In this document: piece by piece, positions 63,064-64,000 of the stretch
Layout of the letters: each line of letters opens with the position of its first letter
Position numbering within the stretch: position 1 is the first letter of the stretch
From: a bacterium BMS3Bbin05
GTDB lineage: Bacteria; Nitrospirota; Thermodesulfovibrionia; Thermodesulfovibrionales; BMS3Bbin05
Direction: 5' to 3'
NCBI GenBank assembly: GCA_002897855.1
Contig: BDTO01000053.1
Span: 45,205-109,204 of the forward strand
Length of the DNA: 64,000 bases
Notes under the pieces: generated by a model
What the model saw: the letters and a program-made list of their open reading frames with translations, nothing else
What the model was told of the DNA's origin: nothing
The model's database searches: none
Position numbers and translations under genes: made by a program

Positions 63064-63648
63064 ATGGGGAACTCAGAGGCAACTGAAAAGATCAATGAAA
63101 TTAAGGAAGCAGGCGGAGAAGGGCTATCTGCAAAGCTGAAAGAACTTGAAGACCGCGTCGCAAAGATCGAAGAAAAAGATGGCAATCTTACGCTGATCCT
63201 TATGAGCGGTGAGTTCGACAAGGCAATGGCCGCTTTTATCATCGCCAACGGGGCCCTCGCCATGGGCAAGGAAGTTACGATATTCGTAACATTCTGGGGG
63301 CTTGACGTGATAAAAAAACCGGCTTTCAGCACCGCCGGCAGAAAATTTCTCGAAAAGATGGTACTCTGGATGAGGCCGAAAGGCCCCGACAAAATCCCGA
63401 CATCGAAGATGAATTTTGCCGGAATCGGTCCAAAGCTCTTCCGTTATATGATGGGCAAGAAAAATGTGGAAAAGCTTGGTTCTCTTATCGAGATGGCGCA
63501 GGAATTCGGCCTGAAGATCATCGCCTGCCAGATGTCTATGGATGTCATGGGGCTCAGGAAAGAAGACATGATAGACGGCATCGAGGTCGGTGGAGTGGCT
63601 GTAATGCTTAACAAGTCGTACAAGTCAAATTCAACATTATTTATATAG
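63064..63648 (+). CDS. DsrE/DsrF-like family protein (DsrE3/COG2210-like)
   Basis: 194 aa. After a ~35-aa charged N-terminus: LTLILMSGEFDKAMAAFIIANGALAMGKEVTIFVTFWGL...KIIACQMSMDVMGL. Confidence 0.7.
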   Translation: MGNSEATEKINEIKEAGGEGLSAKLKELEDRVAKIEEKDGNLTLILMSGEFDKAMAAFIIANGALAMGKEVTIFVTFWGLDVIKKPAFSTAGRKFLEKMVLWMRPKGPDKIPTSKMNFAGIGPKLFRYMMGKKNVEKLGSLIEMAQEFGLKIIACQMSMDVMGLRKEDMIDGIEVGGVAVMLNKSYKSNSTLFI

Positions 63649-63662
63649 GAAGGAGTCCGCAG

Positions 63663-64000
63663 ATGGCTACCAAGGTTGTTTATGTAATTTCAGGTGACCC
63701 GAGAGAAAAGACCGAGAATGTCTCGGCAGTCTTTGCACAGGCGCTTACCGCCATATCGTTTGATTACGAGTGTGAAATATTCCTGATGGATGAGGCCGTA
63801 AAATCAGTGGTCAAGGGCGCAATAGAGGGGATAAAATTCAAAACCTTCGAACCTATTACGGAAATGATGGAAAACTATATGGATATGGGTGGTAAACTAT
63901 ATGTGTGTCATCCATCGAGTGATGCACGTGACATAACAGAAGCAGACTGCATCGACGGTATAGAGTTCGTTAATGCCTCAAGGCTCCTCGAGAGCGGCAA
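63663..64000 (+). CDS. DsrE-family protein, partial (runs off window end)
   Basis: Not in the track. My translation from ATG 63663 (AGGAAGGAG upstream): MATKVVYVISGDPREKTENVSAVFAQALTAISFDYECEIFLMDEAVKSVVKG...GGKLYVCHPSSDARDI... Confidence 0.65.
   Translation, partial: MATKVVYVISGDPREKTENVSAVFAQALTAISFDYECEIFLMDEAVKSVVKGAIEGIKFKTFEPITEMMENYMDMGGKLYVCHPSSDARDITEADCIDGIEFVNASRLLESG

Noticed and set aside
62748-63392. 214-aa minus-strand ORF
   Set aside because: It is antisense to tusA and the DsrE-like gene, both of which have RBSs and diagnostic motifs. Its sequence is Ser/Phe/Ile-rich and low complexity.
1-64000. Search for rRNA, tRNA and CRISPR arrays
   Set aside because: I scanned the intergenic regions by eye. 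I found no T-loop/acceptor-stem tRNA pattern, no rRNA-like stretch and no regularly spaced direct repeats. A covariance-model scan would be needed for certainty.

Overview
Dense 64-kb bacterial chromosomal segment, coding on both strands, with strong AGGAGG-type RBSs and many 4-20 nt gene overlaps. The gene content suggests an anaerobic, diderm, iron/sulfur-metabolising bacterium. I cannot assign a taxon or compute GC or identities here. The ORF track uses GTG/TTG starts and omits the two ORFs that run off the window. Several track starts looked too long, so I re-set them using RBS and overlap logic.

Blocks in order:
- PilY1-like vWA protein (partial), then fur-feoB.
- argG, dprA, a small smg-position gene and topA.
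- A two-CW Cys-rich protein, a 1000-aa M1-peptidase/ChaN(Tiki)/PDZ fusion, and a reverse rubrerythrin.
- A GldA/F/G-type ABC operon plus DUF4340, bracketed by two copies of a 143-bp MITE-like element.
- FKBP, two paralogous small membrane proteins, trmB-ilvE (the ilvE 3' end is fused to a decayed ATPase gene remnant).
- A 10-kb convergent cluster (24958-35171). It joins three radical-SAM enzymes to a lipid acylation/glycosylation/export/outer-membrane-carrier gene set, with no synthase core. This is my top candidate for an undescribed system.
- zapB-like/zapA, a Cys4-GAF-GAF protein and a hybrid histidine kinase.
- A host-attachment-family protein and an Mth938 (NDUFAF3-like) protein, then a complete nuoA-N operon.
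- A sigma54-type two-component pair translationally coupled to an uncharacterised DRTGG/HATPase/DRTGG/PHP module (second candidate).
- A FadL-type porin and a TusA/DsrE sulfur-relay set (partial at the window end).

I saw no rRNA, tRNA or CRISPR array.
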